A DNA stretch of 64,000 bases, taken from positions 22,280,534 through 22,344,533 of the forward strand of contig CM120644.1 of NCBI GenBank assembly GCA_051362555.1, written 5' to 3'. Source of the DNA: Lingula anatina. Lineage: Eukaryota; Animalia; Brachiopoda. Shown piece by piece: positions 13,401 to 27,801 of the stretch (position 1 is its first letter; each line of letters begins with the position of its first letter). The notes beneath the pieces are model-generated. The model was not told the origin of the DNA. It saw only the letters and a list, made by a program, of their open reading frames with translations, and searched no databases. The position numbers and the translations under genes are program-made.

Positions 13401-16400
13401 CACACCAAGTACAAATCTACACTGTATATGCACTGAAATTCTTCTGTATGACTAACTGCTGCACAAAATCTACCAAAAAACCTTTTTTTTTTACATAAAA
13501 GAGAGCTCAATATAAAAACTAAACCCCATCTATTCAGGTGCTATTATAATAAAGGAAAGTGCATCAAAGCATGTAGTTATATTTTCATGCGTCATATTTG
13601 TGACATGGTGTAGCTTAAATGAATTCAAAACAATATATGAAATATTAAAAAACATATTTTTCAACATCTGTTTCACAAGCCATATATTCAATGGGAGTTT
13701 TTAAAGTATAAAAATTAATTTTTATCCCAGAAAAAGATGCTAATTTGGAATCTCTTCATTCTCAATTTTCTGATCTGTTGTGAGAAAGAAAGGACTAATT
13801 AAGTTATGTAGTACATATATCATTATTAAAAAAATATACCCATGAAATCAGTGAAAAAAAATTCAATAATATTGACGAATGCATAATTTAATATTTACCT
13901 GAAACCACTCAACAAATATGTGACTATTTCTGACCATATATCTCCTGCTTTTCTCCCAACAGATACCACAGAGCCCTAGCTATATACTGGGATATCTGAG
14001 CTGCTCCTGACACCTTGACTGTCTTATGTCCTTAACAGTTGTCTCTGTGTATGTGTCCTTCCTCTATTAGCATCCTGTATTCAAAATATTTTTAGCTCTG
14101 AACTTTTCAGCATTAGATACCTACAATAAAACAGTGCTAGTCTCTTCTGTGAGATCAGCATACAGCAAGCTACCGGTACATACGTACATGTAATATTACC
14201 TAGTCCTGTTTAAAAAGGCTGTCACATTTCAATGTCAACATTAATATACCTTATATGGCGCTATCCTATGTCACTAACCTGAAACATTATTGACTCACCT
14301 TACAGCATTTTGTATCATTATAATAAGCTTATTCCAACCATGCCTTCTAGCTGTCACCCCTCTCTTCTTTCACTAAATGTCAGCTAGTATGCCTGAAAAC
14401 AATTCTGTAAAGAGAACACACAACTAAATCTTCTGTTGGTATGTTTTAAATGCAGCTATTATATTGATTATAAATTGCTCTTAAGTGAATGAGGCAGCAG
14501 CTCTGTTTAAAGTTGCAGTCTGTATACTGGTATAGCTTACCTTGTGCACTGGTGGCTTTGTCAATAGAATAAATCTGCAGGTACTGGTGCCATCCATTTT
14601 GACAAGTGTATTGATCCCTTTGTTTTAGAGCACATATTACAAAAGCCATGGCCTATTCATTATGCAAACATGGCATTGAATATCTATTCTATACACAAAC
14701 ATGAATATTCTCTGGTATTGTGGTAACTGCAGACCACAGTTGAATGTCAGCTATACATACACTGTGGACAACTTTGTGTGATATTTCTCAAGTGGAGACA
14801 AACAGTGGAAGTTATTTATAGCCTTCATGGTTATTTTAAAATTATTGGCTTTTAATGGCTGTTTGTTTTGCAACTTTTTGTTCTGACACTGTTGTCCTGT
14901 TTCTGTTTGTCCTATACTCACACACACACACACACACTCTCTCTCCCTCTCTTAGCACGTGCACACACACACGCACACACATACGTGAACCTACTCATAC
15001 ACACTCTCTCTCTCTGTCACTAAATACTTTGCAGAGTTTAAAACTCTATATAATCCTACAAACTCCACATTTCCATGATTGCTTTTAAACAGCAAGTTAC
15101 ACCACAAATCAACTTACCTCTATTACTGTGATGTTAGTATATATATCTAAGTGATGGATCATGTGCTGGATCATTAAGCAAATGCTAATGGACTTTCTTG
15201 GCCGTCAGAGTTTCATATCTGTCAGATTTATCAGACAGGGTTAATGCGCTTAATGTGTCAGGAACATGCGTAAGTCTGTGTGTGTGTGTGTGTGAGTGTG
15301 TGTGTGTGTGTGTATGCATTTGCAAACACATTCATGTTCATGTGATTTGAAGGCACATGGAAAGAAGGGGGGGGGATTGGCGATGATTTTTTTCCTGCAG
15401 TAATACACGGTATGAATACAGTAGGCCATTATGAACTCGTAGAAAATTTCACCTGCTTAGTATTCGAAACATTTTACTAGTTGCTTGTAATTGGAGAACA
15501 GCTTTTTAAAAGAGCTACTTGCCAGTAACTGTCACTCAGACTGTGATTGCCCCAGATAATTATGAGAGAAAAATGCGTCTCTTCTTACTACCATGTTCAC
15601 CCTACATTGATAACAATGACTCCCACAATTTTCTTTACATAATTTCTCAAAAGCTAGACTACAGTAGTTTAAATTTCTGAATTGACGTGAAAGGAATGTC
15701 AGCTTTAATGTCCCAGTCTGCCTCCAAAAATAACATAATGATGGCATTTCTGAATCGTCAATTTCCACCTCTGCATTGCTTCATGTAGACTCCCTTGACA
15801 CAAAGGTTATGAGGTCAACATCAACTAATCAATCCATTTTTCATCTTTTCCTGTTCATTTTAACATCTTTTTAAAAATTTGTATGTAATTATCATGTTTA
15901 CTCACAAAAACTTTCTCATCTCTGAGAATGTTGGTTCTTTAATCTAATTTATCAGGTTTCTCTTTTTTGGGATTTTTTTTGGGAATGGAATTCATCATTT
16001 TGTTCGCAGTTAATGAGTTATTACAGTCAATGTATTCTCAGTGGAAATTACTTCTGCCTACATCTTCAGTGCTGTACACAGACTGCAAAGTAATGTAAAC
16101 AATACAAAAAAATTATTGGACATGAAAATAAATAACTTCCCTCTCCTGGGATGGTTTCTGTACTTTAGGATGGAGCAAAAGTGATAATCTGCCATGTCCC
16201 CAATTGGGGTTCCTTAATTCTAAAATTAAATTAAATTTAATTCATTTGATTTTTGCCAAATTATCATGTGAAAATCACATATTATTTCATTAAAATCTAT
16301 TTAAAAAAATCCAGCATTCCTATTTATCCTGTTATAACCACCTCTTTTGAGTAATTGTCATCAACTGTTTAATTTTTCATGAAAATGTGTGACAGAGGTG

Positions 16401-16471
16401 ATATATGAATCTATAATTGCTTTCAAGTACTATATAGGTTTGCATAATATTTTCAGTTCCAGCATTTACAT

Positions 16472-16656
16472 GGGCGCATTTAGAACAGCAGACATACAGA
16501 TCTCTGGATCTAATATGGCCGACCCACTGGAATGCTTGTCACGTAATCCCGGCAGGGAATCTATTCAGTGTTTAAACAGGATTCAGGCAGCAAGTTTTTT
16601 AGTAGGTAGCCATATTTGATCCAGAGATCAGTTAGTCTGCTGTTCTGAATGTGCTC
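16472..16656. mobile_element. Degenerate palindromic MITE (Harbinger-like termini)
   Basis: gggcgcatttagaacagcagac...gtctgctgttctgaatgtgctc inverted ends, with further internal symmetry (gatctctggatc / gatccagagatc). Confidence 0.65.
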
Positions 16657-18253
16657 TATGATATCTACCTTAGTTTCTGGAAAATAACACAAATTCAACA
16701 CCCATCATTTGATAATTCAAAACTGAGTAATTACAAACATAATGGTCAATGCTTAATGATTTAGGCGTAACTTTTGAATTGATGACATTTAATCTAATCT
16801 TTTCATCTGGCATCAATTCCTGGCCCACAGAATTGATTCTTTTCATACACTTTTTGCTTCTTTGCTGAACTTTTTCAAAAAAAAAAAAAAAAAAAAATCA
16901 ATGAGAAGAGAATAAATATATTTTTTGTGTCACATCATAAAAACAGGATGTGTTAATTAATCATGGTTGTTTAAGGTTCAGGACAAACGTTTCATATGAA
17001 GGCTGTATCTTTTATCTGTAACACAGTGTCAAATTATAAAATCAATATATATCTCCTGGTACCCTCACAATTCTCTGTTGTTAAATCAACTTAGACTTAG
17101 GACAACTTGAAATTCTGTGTACTTAACACATAACAAACAAAAATATAGAAGATGAAGTCATTCTGAAACAAAAGATATATTGATTGATTTTACCTTGATA
17201 TTAAATAATTACAAGACTTCAGAATAACAAACCATTTACCCCTATAATCAGCTAGCCTGCATTTTTTCCTTGGGATTTTATCAGTCACCAGTGCTGCTAT
17301 TGCAAGGCAAACTCTTGTCTATAGTGTGAAACATTGAAAACTACTGTACAAAATTTATAACATGGCACCAGACAAAAAGCCTAGTACATAAAATGTCAAT
17401 TTTCTCACCAAACTGGACAAATCCAGCATTCCCCATCAGTTATATATGACAGTACTTTCAGGGGAAAAATCATATAACAAATTGGATTGAATTAAAAGAG
17501 AGTAAATTTCAACTGAGCCCTAGGCATTTAATTTGGCTGAAGAAATTGTAAAATGCATTATACTTTTCTCAAGCAATCTTTAATTTAAATTCAAAATAAT
17601 GATAATTTTCACTTGATGATGAACACTACATATACACATATCCAGCTATATTCTTCACAGATTCTGAAAAAGTCCTCGAGAAAAATACAGTGAGATAAAT
17701 TCAAATGCACTCAGTCTAAATCATATTTAACAACAAGCAGACACCATTTCAGTAATCAGAAAGGAAAAACTTGACGGCAAGCACCACTGTGCCATCCAGA
17801 GCTGCCCCAGCTATCAGACCAGACCCTGGCAATCTATAGCAAGTCACCAGGGACGGGCTTAATGGACACTAGTAATGGTGGCACAGACGTAATGGATGCC
17901 AGTAATTGCGAGACAGTCACTGCACTTCTGCAGATACATGTATCTCATTCACTACAGGGTCAATTTAATTACCCCACCAACAAATGAGGTAATCACTGGT
18001 GTGAGTTGGTTTCAATTGGTTTATAAACATTGTAAGATATCTCAAAAAATTCCTCATGGATTAAATGACATTTTCATTACAGACAGTAAAAATCTGCACA
18101 ATTTTGATTGGAGTTTTTGGATCTGTATATTCCTAAAATATGTTTTTTTTTTTTCTGACAATTTTTAACATTAAATTTTGGCTTTGGCAGAAGTCTGCAT
18201 TCTGAAGTGCTGTCTACAGATGGAGGGGATTTACTAAGGAAGGGAAGGGGTAT

Positions 18254-21200
18254 CCCAGATAGCAAGCATACGTTGGGCCAACGTAGGGGAATCGTTGGTT
18301 TGTTGGCACATAGTTGGCGTTGGTAGTAATACGTTGGCCCAACGTTGGCCCAACCACATCATAATATGCACAACATAACTGCAATATGCTCACGTTGGCC
18401 CAACGTTGGGCCAACGTATGCATATTTATTGCATACGTTGGCCTAACGTTGGGCCAACGTATGCAAATAACAACTCCATAGAAATGAATAATGTTTCTGT
18501 TATAATAAAAATGTTTCTGTTCACAACTGAGAATCACATGTGCTTATAAATATCTATTGATCAGTAACATACAGTTTTTAGGATTAAAAAAAATATAATT
18601 TTTTTTAATGAAGAGTTTGTCAAATTCCTTGGGTTAAAAAACCGTTTTCTCCTTTTATTTGTCTCCAAAGCTATATACTCTCATATATAGTACATAGACT
18701 TCACCTGTAAAAAAATAACTGAGTGAACAGATTTATATTTTTAAATAATGCTGTGAAACATATTTATTATTATTGCTATTATTATTATTGTTATTGAAAT
18801 CAGAAAAATGATTGAAATCTTATTATAATGTACAATTGTACAATATATAAATTTTAAACTTTATAGTTAGCATCAATTGACTTTTGATTAAAGTAAACCA
18901 GTAACTTTCACTGGACCAGATTCATTACAAGCCAGGTGTTTATCTTAACTGTCAGTTTGATATAAACAGTTTGCCTACTGCCTGCTCAAACAGGTCAAAT
19001 AACTATGCATAGCACAGTCTTAAGCGCGCGGTCCGTTGAGCCAATTCAAAAATCTAAGCCAGAAGGTCAGAAATGTTCTAAGGAAGAGGCAAGAATTAAG
19101 ACTGAAAGCATTGATTTCTGGATATAAAAAGAAGACATCTTTTTGGAAATTAGAAAATGAAGAGATAAAGAGACAGGATAAGAAGTGAGCATGAAATGGT
19201 AAGTGACTTTTTAATTGTGTATTTTCCCATTATTTACTGATGCACCAGGATCCATACAGCCTTGAAAAGTGTTCAAATTTAGTCCAGCACTTTGGACTAG
19301 TTTAAATGTAACTAGTTTAAATGGCTCTAGTTTAAATGTAACTTTGAAAAGTACTTGAAAATGCTATTAGGCTTGAAAAAGGTTTGCATTTCAGCATTTT
19401 GTCTTTGTAAAAATTTTATTTAAAACTTTGTAGTTTATTGACATGAATACAGACAATAATTCACAGATGGGGGTTTAATACATCATTACTTGTACTTTTA
19501 TTTTCAACTTTTCATCATCAATGTGTTACAAAGACAAAGTTAAAATGAAATGAGTCCTTTTTCCTTTGGTATGTACACTTTAAAATAACTGTATTAATGT
19601 ATAACTTGCCCTCATTAGTTAAAAATCATTGAAAATGATTTGAATTAGAGCCTTAAAAGTCCTTGGAAACCAATTGTTCTTATGTGTCTGTATGAATCCT
19701 GGCCAGTAAATTCTGTGATAGAGTTGTTGGAATGATTAAATGATGTGGAATTTAGTGGTACATTACAGTTGTCTAAAAACTGAATTCATGGTCAAGTGTA
19801 CACGTAAGAACTAATTTAAATAAATCACTATAAATTACTGCACACAAGACACACTTTTATAGTTAAGATATTGGCTGTTGCCTAACTTACATGTAGAAAA
19901 GGTGGGGAGATTATCATATAATACACACCTACTAGTACTATAGTTTGTATATGAAAACAGTGATGGGGGAAGAGGTACAGTCATGTTATGCACCATATCA
20001 ATTCTAGCATTATATTTCAAGTGTTTTTAATATTTAAATTTGTAGGTGCAGCACACTCTTCTGTGACTGGTTAGACAAATATATTGAGGATACATCCAAC
20101 TACATGTAATTGTGCTTTGCCAAAGATCACAAAGGTGCCTGCAGGGCAGGAAAGAGAGAAAAACACAAAGATTGAACTCATATGACCACTGACTTGATTT
20201 TTAAAGAGACAATGTCTGAGATTTTGCCTGAAGGAAGAGACTGTGATTTTATAGACTTGACATATAACTTATGAAAAGCATTTTACCTGACATTGACAAG
20301 GGTTTCTGGTTTAAATTTTGATTTAATGAAAATATTTTTGAAAATTGAAATGAGGCAAAAAAGACTACTACTAGAAAAATGCCTTGACTCCACGAATAAG
20401 GTGATAAGTCATAGGACTGTAATATTTTTTCTTGATGTGAATCATGTAACAATTGATATAAGACACACTTATTAATGTTTAAATTTAATATTATAGTATC
20501 TTATAAAATTTTTCTTTGTTGTCTTTTTGTATTATATTTCAATTCACATATCATTATTTAATTGGTATAAGGTATTTGTTTTATGTAATGTTATGAATTA
20601 ATTAAACAGTTCAAAACATATCACTAATCTTTTTGTTTCAACCACAATTATTAATTGACAATTTTCCAGGTGTAGTGTAAATGATCACAGGCAGATCAAG
20701 TCCTCTGTAGGATTCATCCCTTAGAAAGCTTTCTAATTTTTCAGTCATATCTTGCAGTTTGCAGATTTCAGATGCTCAAGATATTTCATCAGGACATTGA
20801 TCTGCCTGTGCATCAGACGTGTAATTACAGTGCCCTACTACCTATGTGATTCCAAAAAAGTTATTTTGCCTTCAGCTCAATGTTGGGTCACTGTAAATCA
20901 CCGTGCCCCTGGTTTTAGGTTGGGTCATAATTTGTTGTGCAAATTGCAGATAACTTGGTGACCAGTTGGCCTACCGTTGGGCCAATGCGGATGCATTGTT
21001 GGTTTGAGGTTGGGTAATTGTTGGACTGATGTTGGTTATTAGTAGAACCAACGTAAATGCACTGTTGGTTACAGGTTGGGGAATTGTTGGACTAATGTTG
21101 GTTATTAGTTGGCCCAATGTAGGGCCAACGCAGTTTGGTTGGGTAATTGTTGGACTGATGTTGGTTACAGGTTGGGAAATTGTTGGACCAATGTTGGTTA

Positions 21201-21393
21201 TTAGTTGGCCCAATGTAGGGCCAACGCAGTTTGGTTGGGAATACGTTGGCAATGCGTTGGCATTCAAAAGACGTTCAGCCAACCGTTGGCCAAAGTGAGC
21301 ACTTAGATGGAAACCCAACGTTGGGCCAACGTTGCACGGTCAACCAAGGCAACGTTGGGCCAACGTTGGCCCAACGTATGCTTGCTATCTGGG
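18254..21393. mobile_element. EnSpm/CACTA (CMC)-like non-autonomous DNA transposon, 3.1 kb
   Basis: Perfect TIR CCCAGATAGCAAGCATACGTTGGGCCAACGT...ACGTTGGCCCAACGTATGCTTGCTATCTGGG, AT on both flanks (2-bp TSD), and dense subterminal CCAACGTTGG-type repeats at 18270-18460 and 20965-21380. Confidence 0.85.
19246..19701. mobile_element. Old hAT-like MITE nested in the EnSpm-like element
   Basis: caggatccatacag...ctgtatgaatcctg inverted termini and repeated ttgaaaa subterminal motifs; no clear TSD. Confidence 0.5.
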
Positions 21394-22512
21394 ATGACTG
21401 TTAACCGAAAATATATATAAGGACATTGTGGACCCTCTCCCCAATAATTATTGAAGCATAATGTTGTCTTACTTCACCGTTGCTTGTCTTAATAGGAGAG
21501 AATTAATGCAAAGGCTAACTGGAAGCAATTTGTTCTTTTTCTTTTCGCTTTGTCTTTTAAATATCAGCAGATGATGGAAATAGCCATACCATATCTTGCT
21601 GCATAAATATTTGACAGAAGTAAATTAGATATTTTTAAATTAAGTACAACAAATCTTACTGTCTGAACCTATCTAAACTAACCTTATGAGGCAAATTTTA
21701 TGTCTAATGATGTTATATGGTTATTTTCAGCTAGTTAATTCTGTCGTGAACAGAGAGTCACCATATTTGACCCTCGGACTAATAAATCCCCTATTCTGAA
21801 TGGGTTCTATAAATGGATTAGGCACTTTCTAAACTCGAGCCTGATTTGAGAGCACAAATGCCCAAATTAATGACTCCAGCCTCTAATTAATTACCCAGTG
21901 TCAAATTACTTGCCACAAGTGCAATTTTGTGCTCACAAATCTACCGATAAGGCTTTGTTAGAAAACAGCAATTATCTTTTATGAGACCTGGATATCCTGA
22001 TAATAAACATACCAGAATTTATTACTATTAAATGATTTTGCAATGATTTCAGGAAATCAGGGTGCTGTGAACACTGCCATAATAATTAATATGACACTAA
22101 AACTGTTCAACCAGAACACAATGACCATACATTAGATGTCTGGTGAAGATTGCAGAGCATTTTCCTCTCTATCAGAGATATGACAATGAAATTGCTCTTA
22201 CAGATTGTAAGCATAATCAGCACTTTCTAACAGCAGACCTCAGTAGGGAAACATTATCTGTGCATGTGCAAACAAAATATGGTTTGATAAAAGCATGGAA
22301 AAGCACTTGCAGAGTAAGATAATTATGGTAATTCCCTCTTATCATGAAATTTCAAACAACTACTTACTACTGCTGTAATACAATAAATGTCACATATTCT
22401 AAATGTAATTCAGTGTCAAAGAATACTATCAACCTACAAATTCAAGTTAAAGTTTAAAAAAAACTTCATATTTTATGTGAATTAGATATACATCACCAGC
22501 TTATAAACCTTA

Positions 22513-22767
22513 GAGACCATTCCCACAGATGTTTAGATCGATCTATCCCCCTGCATGGGGAGTCTCACTAAATTGCTATCAACTTGGTTGGCTTAAATGT
22601 CTGTCACGCCTAGTGAAGCTGTTAGGGGGTAATTATCTTTACCCTAGCTGATTGGGTAGGCGTGACAGACATTTAAGCCTCTTGAGCTGACAGCAATTAA
22701 ACGTGAACCCCCCCCAGGGAGTTAGGTGGATCCAGATGGATCGATCTAAATCTGTGGGAATGCAGTC
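22513..22767. mobile_element. Palindromic MITE family A, copy 1 (TTA TSD, Harbinger-like)
   Basis: cattcccacagat...atctgtgggaatg ends, internal cttaaatgtctgtcacgccta / taggcgtgacagacatttaag inverted core, TTA on both flanks. Confidence 0.75.
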
Positions 22768-24124
22768 TTAAAGTTTGCTAGTTAAGCAAGGGTGAAAGAC
22801 AACCTGCTAACCTGAACATGTAGCCCTTGTACACAGGTACACAGTTACAAGGTTTTATCATTCACTACAATCTGACTGGAACCACACCATCCCCCTCTAA
22901 AATTTCTCAAAATGAAACAAAAAATTCAGAAATCCGGCATATTCACCAACTTTGTCTTAGTGAAACAGTTTAACCCTCACCAAACATACGCACATATGCA
23001 AGCACACAACACACACACACACACACATGCACACAAGCAAGCACATAGTTATATAAACCATCTTACCTGCTGCAAACCAACAATGTCCTGTGAATTTTCT
23101 GAGAGGTTTTCACTGACACTTGTAGAGAATTGACTGCATATTCAGTGTCTTATAACCACCACTTGTGCCGCCTTGCCTTTTTTTTCTCTATTTAATACAG
23201 AAATCAAATCATCTTGTCATACAGAATCTTCTCCAGTGTTTATTTCTCTCACATGTTCACCAGTTTTTTAAAACAGTCTGTGGCCTGTGTTCTATGCTTT
23301 GTAGTCACCCACCTCTTTTGGTTTCTGTTCTAGCAGCTCTCCCTGAATTCTGTCCTTATACATAAAGTGAACAAAATCCAGAAACCTCTGCTGCTTTCCT
23401 CTGTTCTTAGATATACTGAACAAAATACAGAAATCTTTTCTGCTTTTCTCTCGGCTGCTTCCTGCCTTCTCAATGAAGTCTTATCTCTGCTTAAGATACC
23501 AGTGATATTGAATATACAGCTTTGTGGCCCTCACAAAGTTGGGTATCCATGTCACTGGGCACCTGCAGGTCTCTGAGGTGACATTTGAGGACGGGGAATA
23601 TTGATAACTCAGAAACTGTAGCTGGGATAATAGCTTTTTAAGGCAATTTGTTTGATTCATTTTTTGGAGGGGGAGGAGGGATGGAGGGAGGAAAGGACGA
23701 ACAATGAGTGATGATATAACAAGAAAAGTGCAATTGACTTAGTCTTCAGAAAATAATGCTTAAAAATGAAGTCACAAATGTTTGAATTGACTTCTTGTCA
23801 CAAGTCATAAAAATATTATGATGAACAATGAATCACTTAATGCCCCCCCCCCCCAGAACGCAAGAATGAAGACAGACTGTGACCCCAGCCCCCCCCCCCC
23901 CCCCAGTGACCTCCCCCCCCCACACACACACCCTTTTCTCCTAGGTCCCCTTATTTTTTTTTTTGTTAATTTTACTACACATAGGGGGTGTTGGGGGTGG
24001 GGGTGGGGTGGACATTATGAAGCCATGCCACTGGTTGTGGATGTATCAGGGAGAGGAGTTAATCTTCTACCTGTGCTTAGCAAAATCTACTCTCCTTTAC
24101 GTATCCATAAAAAGTTTTATTATA

Positions 24125-24289
24125 CAGGACCGTAGCCAGGGGGTGTTAAGGGGTTAGAAAAAGCGCCCTTTTTGCTTTGAAAAGGTCCACTCTGGGTAAA
24201 ATTTGATCTAGGTACATGAAGTTTTATGGTAAAAGGTCCACTTTTTCAGAAAAAGAACTCCCCTTTTGAAATTGCTGGCTACAGGCCTG
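24125..24289. mobile_element. Short hAT-like MITE
   Basis: caggaccgtagccag...ctggctacaggcctg TIRs, internal aaaaggtccact twice, similar AT-rich flanks. Confidence 0.65.
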
Positions 24290-25079
24290 TTATATAACAT
24301 GACTCTCTGAATAATAAAGCAAATGATGGTTGATATTTACTTATTGTTACGTAATGTTTTTTAAATTTGTGATTTCGATTTTATTTTCTGTGAGTCTTCT
24401 GTGAGCCGTGATCTCTAATTTTTCTATTATAATAATCATGTAATTGCTTACCCCGGCATATAATATTCTACGGCCCCTTATCAAACTTACCTTCTTTTGT
24501 TACGCGACTCCTGAAACCAGACTCTTTATAATCCAGGTTTTGCACGCAAGTAAAAAAATAATAATAACAATTAATGCAATGAAATTGAAAATGTACCCGC
24601 ATCAATTTATCATCCAAATTATTAATTAGCTAGAGACTAACTGGTCTTAATACATGATCACGCTGATGCCAGCAGTTAATAGTCCAGGGACTTCATTGTT
24701 AGTCTGCGCACAGTATCATATTGATTTTGCACAATTCTTTCAGTCCCAAAACACAAATCTCTTATGTCTCAGACCCAATAAATATTAATATTTTAGCAGT
24801 GCAGAGATACTCACTTTTTTATTGTATTTTGACTTGGCTTGCTGGATCTTGTTTCTGGAAATGCAATTAGATACTTGTGACAATGAGTGAAAATGAAATA
24901 TTGATTTTCTCAAAAATATTGTAGTCCTTTTGGGTTATCACAAAAAAAGTACAAATGCAACCTTGTAGTTCACATGCATGTATAAATGGCAGGCACTGAT
25001 GTAATTGTTGGCATAATCCATAAATACTACACTCAAATTTCTGGAACTAGGGAAAAAACAAGACTACTTTTGTCTCTAT

Positions 25080-25310
25080 GGCTGGGTTCCCATACCTAGA
25101 TTGATCTAACAGATCGATACATCTCTGAGGGGTTTCTCGCTCTATTGCTTTCAGCTTAAGTGGCTTAGATGTCTGTCACGCCTACTGAAGCTGCTAAATG
25201 ATAATTAATTACCCCTTATCAGCTTCAGTAGGTGTGACAGACCTATAAGCAGCTTAAGTCGATTGCAATTTAGCAAGAATCCCCTTGGAGATAGATCAAT
25301 CCTTGATTGG
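25080..25310. mobile_element. Palindromic MITE family A, copy 2
   Basis: Shares the gatgtctgtcacgccta / taggtgtgacagac core with 22513-22767 and the ggctgggttcccataccta start with 28512. Confidence 0.65.
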
Positions 25311-25875
25311 TAATAGATACACCACAAGCAAGTCAGGTGGTTGTGACATATATATCAGAGTGCAAAGCTTGGGTACATGTCACATACACTTTGCCAACTG
25401 ATGGGTATCTCAGTTATACCACATCATATTATAATATGTAGAATACAAAAGGTTCAGAGATACATGTAGTGTGACTTGTACTTAAGCCTGCCCTGCAATG
25501 GATGCCAAATACACTGTCCATTGTTAAATCTTTTCAGTTCTATGCCATAGTACCATCCTATAATATGTAACAGTCTCCAAGAACGAGGGAACACGTACAA
25601 AGCTTGGACCCCAAAGGGTCTGTCTCAAAAAATTTAGTCTCAAGATTTTTGGAGATAATTAGCATAGACTGCTTAACCCAATGGGCAATTTAATATGTTA
25701 AGTGGATTTTGCAATGTTGGTTATAGTGCATTTAAAAAAAATTAGTCCAAAGATGTGGTTGACTTACCATATGGACACCATGGCAGCACAATTAATGTCA
25801 ATGGGGCTAGTGCACTGAAGTTTAACAAAAAAAAAAAAAAAAAAAAAAAAACGAAGTATGCAGCCATTTAGTTGT

Positions 25876-26135
25876 GAATTCTTTGTTAAATACATTCTAG
25901 TTGGCTTATATTCTTATTAGTAGTTTTTGCTTTGGAATATTTTGACTTAAGTCAAGAACACGTAACAAACAGTTAAAAGCGATCTCTTTTTTCAAGTATG
26001 CCCCCCCCCCCCCGTTTCTTGGAATTCTTTGTTAAATACATTCTAGTTGGCTTATATTCTTAGTAGTCTTTGCTTTGGAATATTTTGACTTAAATCAAGA
26101 ACACGTAACAAACAGTTAAAAGCGATCTTTTTTTA
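25876..26135. repeat. Two-copy ~146-bp tandem duplication, probably the core of a decayed HINE-like element
   Basis: gaattctttgttaaatacattctagttggc...aaacagttaaaagcgatc at about 25876 and 26022. Confidence 0.8.
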
Positions 26136-27378
26136 CAGTACACCCCCACTTTTTGGCTATCAATAAGTTAATAAGTATGTGCAGAGAAACATGGATGAAA
26201 AAGATCCTTTTAATACACAAGTTCAGGTTCTGACACAGAGAATTCAAGTTCATAATGCTGCCGCCATGTTGCTCTGGGTCACAGAGACGGATACTTTAGG
26301 TTCATACATGCTGATGCCAAATGGAATGCAAATCAGGATCAACCAGGATCAGACGTCAACAGACAACCAGACTGGAAATAAAAGTCTTAAGGAGACTCAT
26401 AAAAGACATTCAAATACAATAATACCATATATTCTATGGGCATTTTAAACGGAATATTATAGTTAAAGCATAGCTGCATGGATTGCACTTAAGTCTCCAG
26501 CGTTGCTGTCATAGATTTCCTTGGTTCTCAGTGCAATGCCGACAATTGCGTGATCTGGAATATTATCCTCTCGAGAATTACGTGGAAATTGCAACAAAGT
26601 ATGCAGAGATCAATTCTCTGAAGCAGACGAATCCCAGGAGTCCTCAGATAATTGGTATCCTGTCAGCGGAAAAATGGAAATTTTCAGAAAAATATTGACT
26701 AACTGGATAAGCTAATGTGGACAGTTTTCTAAGGTGGTTAAAATAACAGTGACTTGGTAATTCTTTGAGGGAAATTGACTGTTTTTCTTTTTTTTCTTTT
26801 TTTCTTTTTAGTCATTGGTAATTCATTTGGTTCATTTATAAGAGTATATCCATTTACTTTCTGGTACTAAAAATTAGATTAAGGCTAAATGTTGGAGGAA
26901 TAATGTCACATTAAATTTTCAGTTGCAAATAATGTTCACAAATTGAATCATGTAAACATTACTGCCAGACAGTAGGAGCTGGTTTCCAAGGTTAATGCAT
27001 CGATCAAAATGAGACGTTTGCTATGATGGTGTCAACAGCATGATGGCCATACCTGGTCCCAATTGTTAATGAAGCATAATATTTGTCCTCTATAACCTAG
27101 CGTGGTCAACTTTCTATGGCATAAATATTGTAATTAACATCAGATGAGTTAAGCCCACCCAAATCAACTATAAACTCGCCAAAGTTAAGAATAGATATTT
27201 CTGTGAAATCAATGTTCTGGTTTATCTCTGAGGAGTTTCCTGGTGCAAAAAAGAAGATTGCGTCTGCTCTAATAGTTATCTGCCACCCACCATGAAATCA
27301 ATGCCACTTGGCTCACAGTTGAAATACCATGGAGATCACTTGAGTAAAAATAATACTTCTCCTTAGCTCTCAGCTAAA

Positions 27379-27801
27379 GGGTGTGTTCACAATGAAAGTA
27401 TGATCATAAGTACTTCGATCAAACTCTGCAGGGATGCTCGCTGAATACAATCAGATGAAGGCATTGACACAGCTTGTTTCTAACATACTTACATAATCAC
27501 CAGCTGGGGGTGTCTCGATAGTCCGAAGGTTCATTGGTCCGAAAAGTGGTAACATTTTCATCGATTTTTAAATCAAGTGTTCATTGGTCGGTAGGTTCTA
27601 TAGTGAATATTCGGTCCAGTGAACCTTCGGACTATTGAACCTTCGGACTATTGCTACGGCCCCCCACCAGTTCCCTTGTATTCTACTCCATGTCAAGAAG
27701 AGACATGTTAATCTCACTGTTTAGCTGATCGCATTCAGCGAGAATGCCTGCAGAGTTAGCTCAAACTGCCTTGCATTTTGGTTTTTATTGTGAATGCACT
27801 C
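27379..27801. mobile_element. Degenerate palindromic MITE hosting a nested insertion
   Basis: gggtgtgttcacaat...attgtgaatgcactc ends; ctctgcagggatgctcgctgaat / attcagcgagaatgcctgcagag inverted arms. Confidence 0.6.
27506..27664. mobile_element. Small TIR element with 8-bp TSD (GG..CC termini)
   Basis: ggggg...atagtccgaaggttca / tgaaccttcggactat...ccccc, flanked by caccagct and caccagtt. Confidence 0.65.

Noticed and set aside
20971-21318. Repetitive ORFs (CVGPTLGQLITN...) on both strands
   Set aside because: Translations of the transposon's subterminal CCAACGTTGG repeats; the same applies to 18214-18537.
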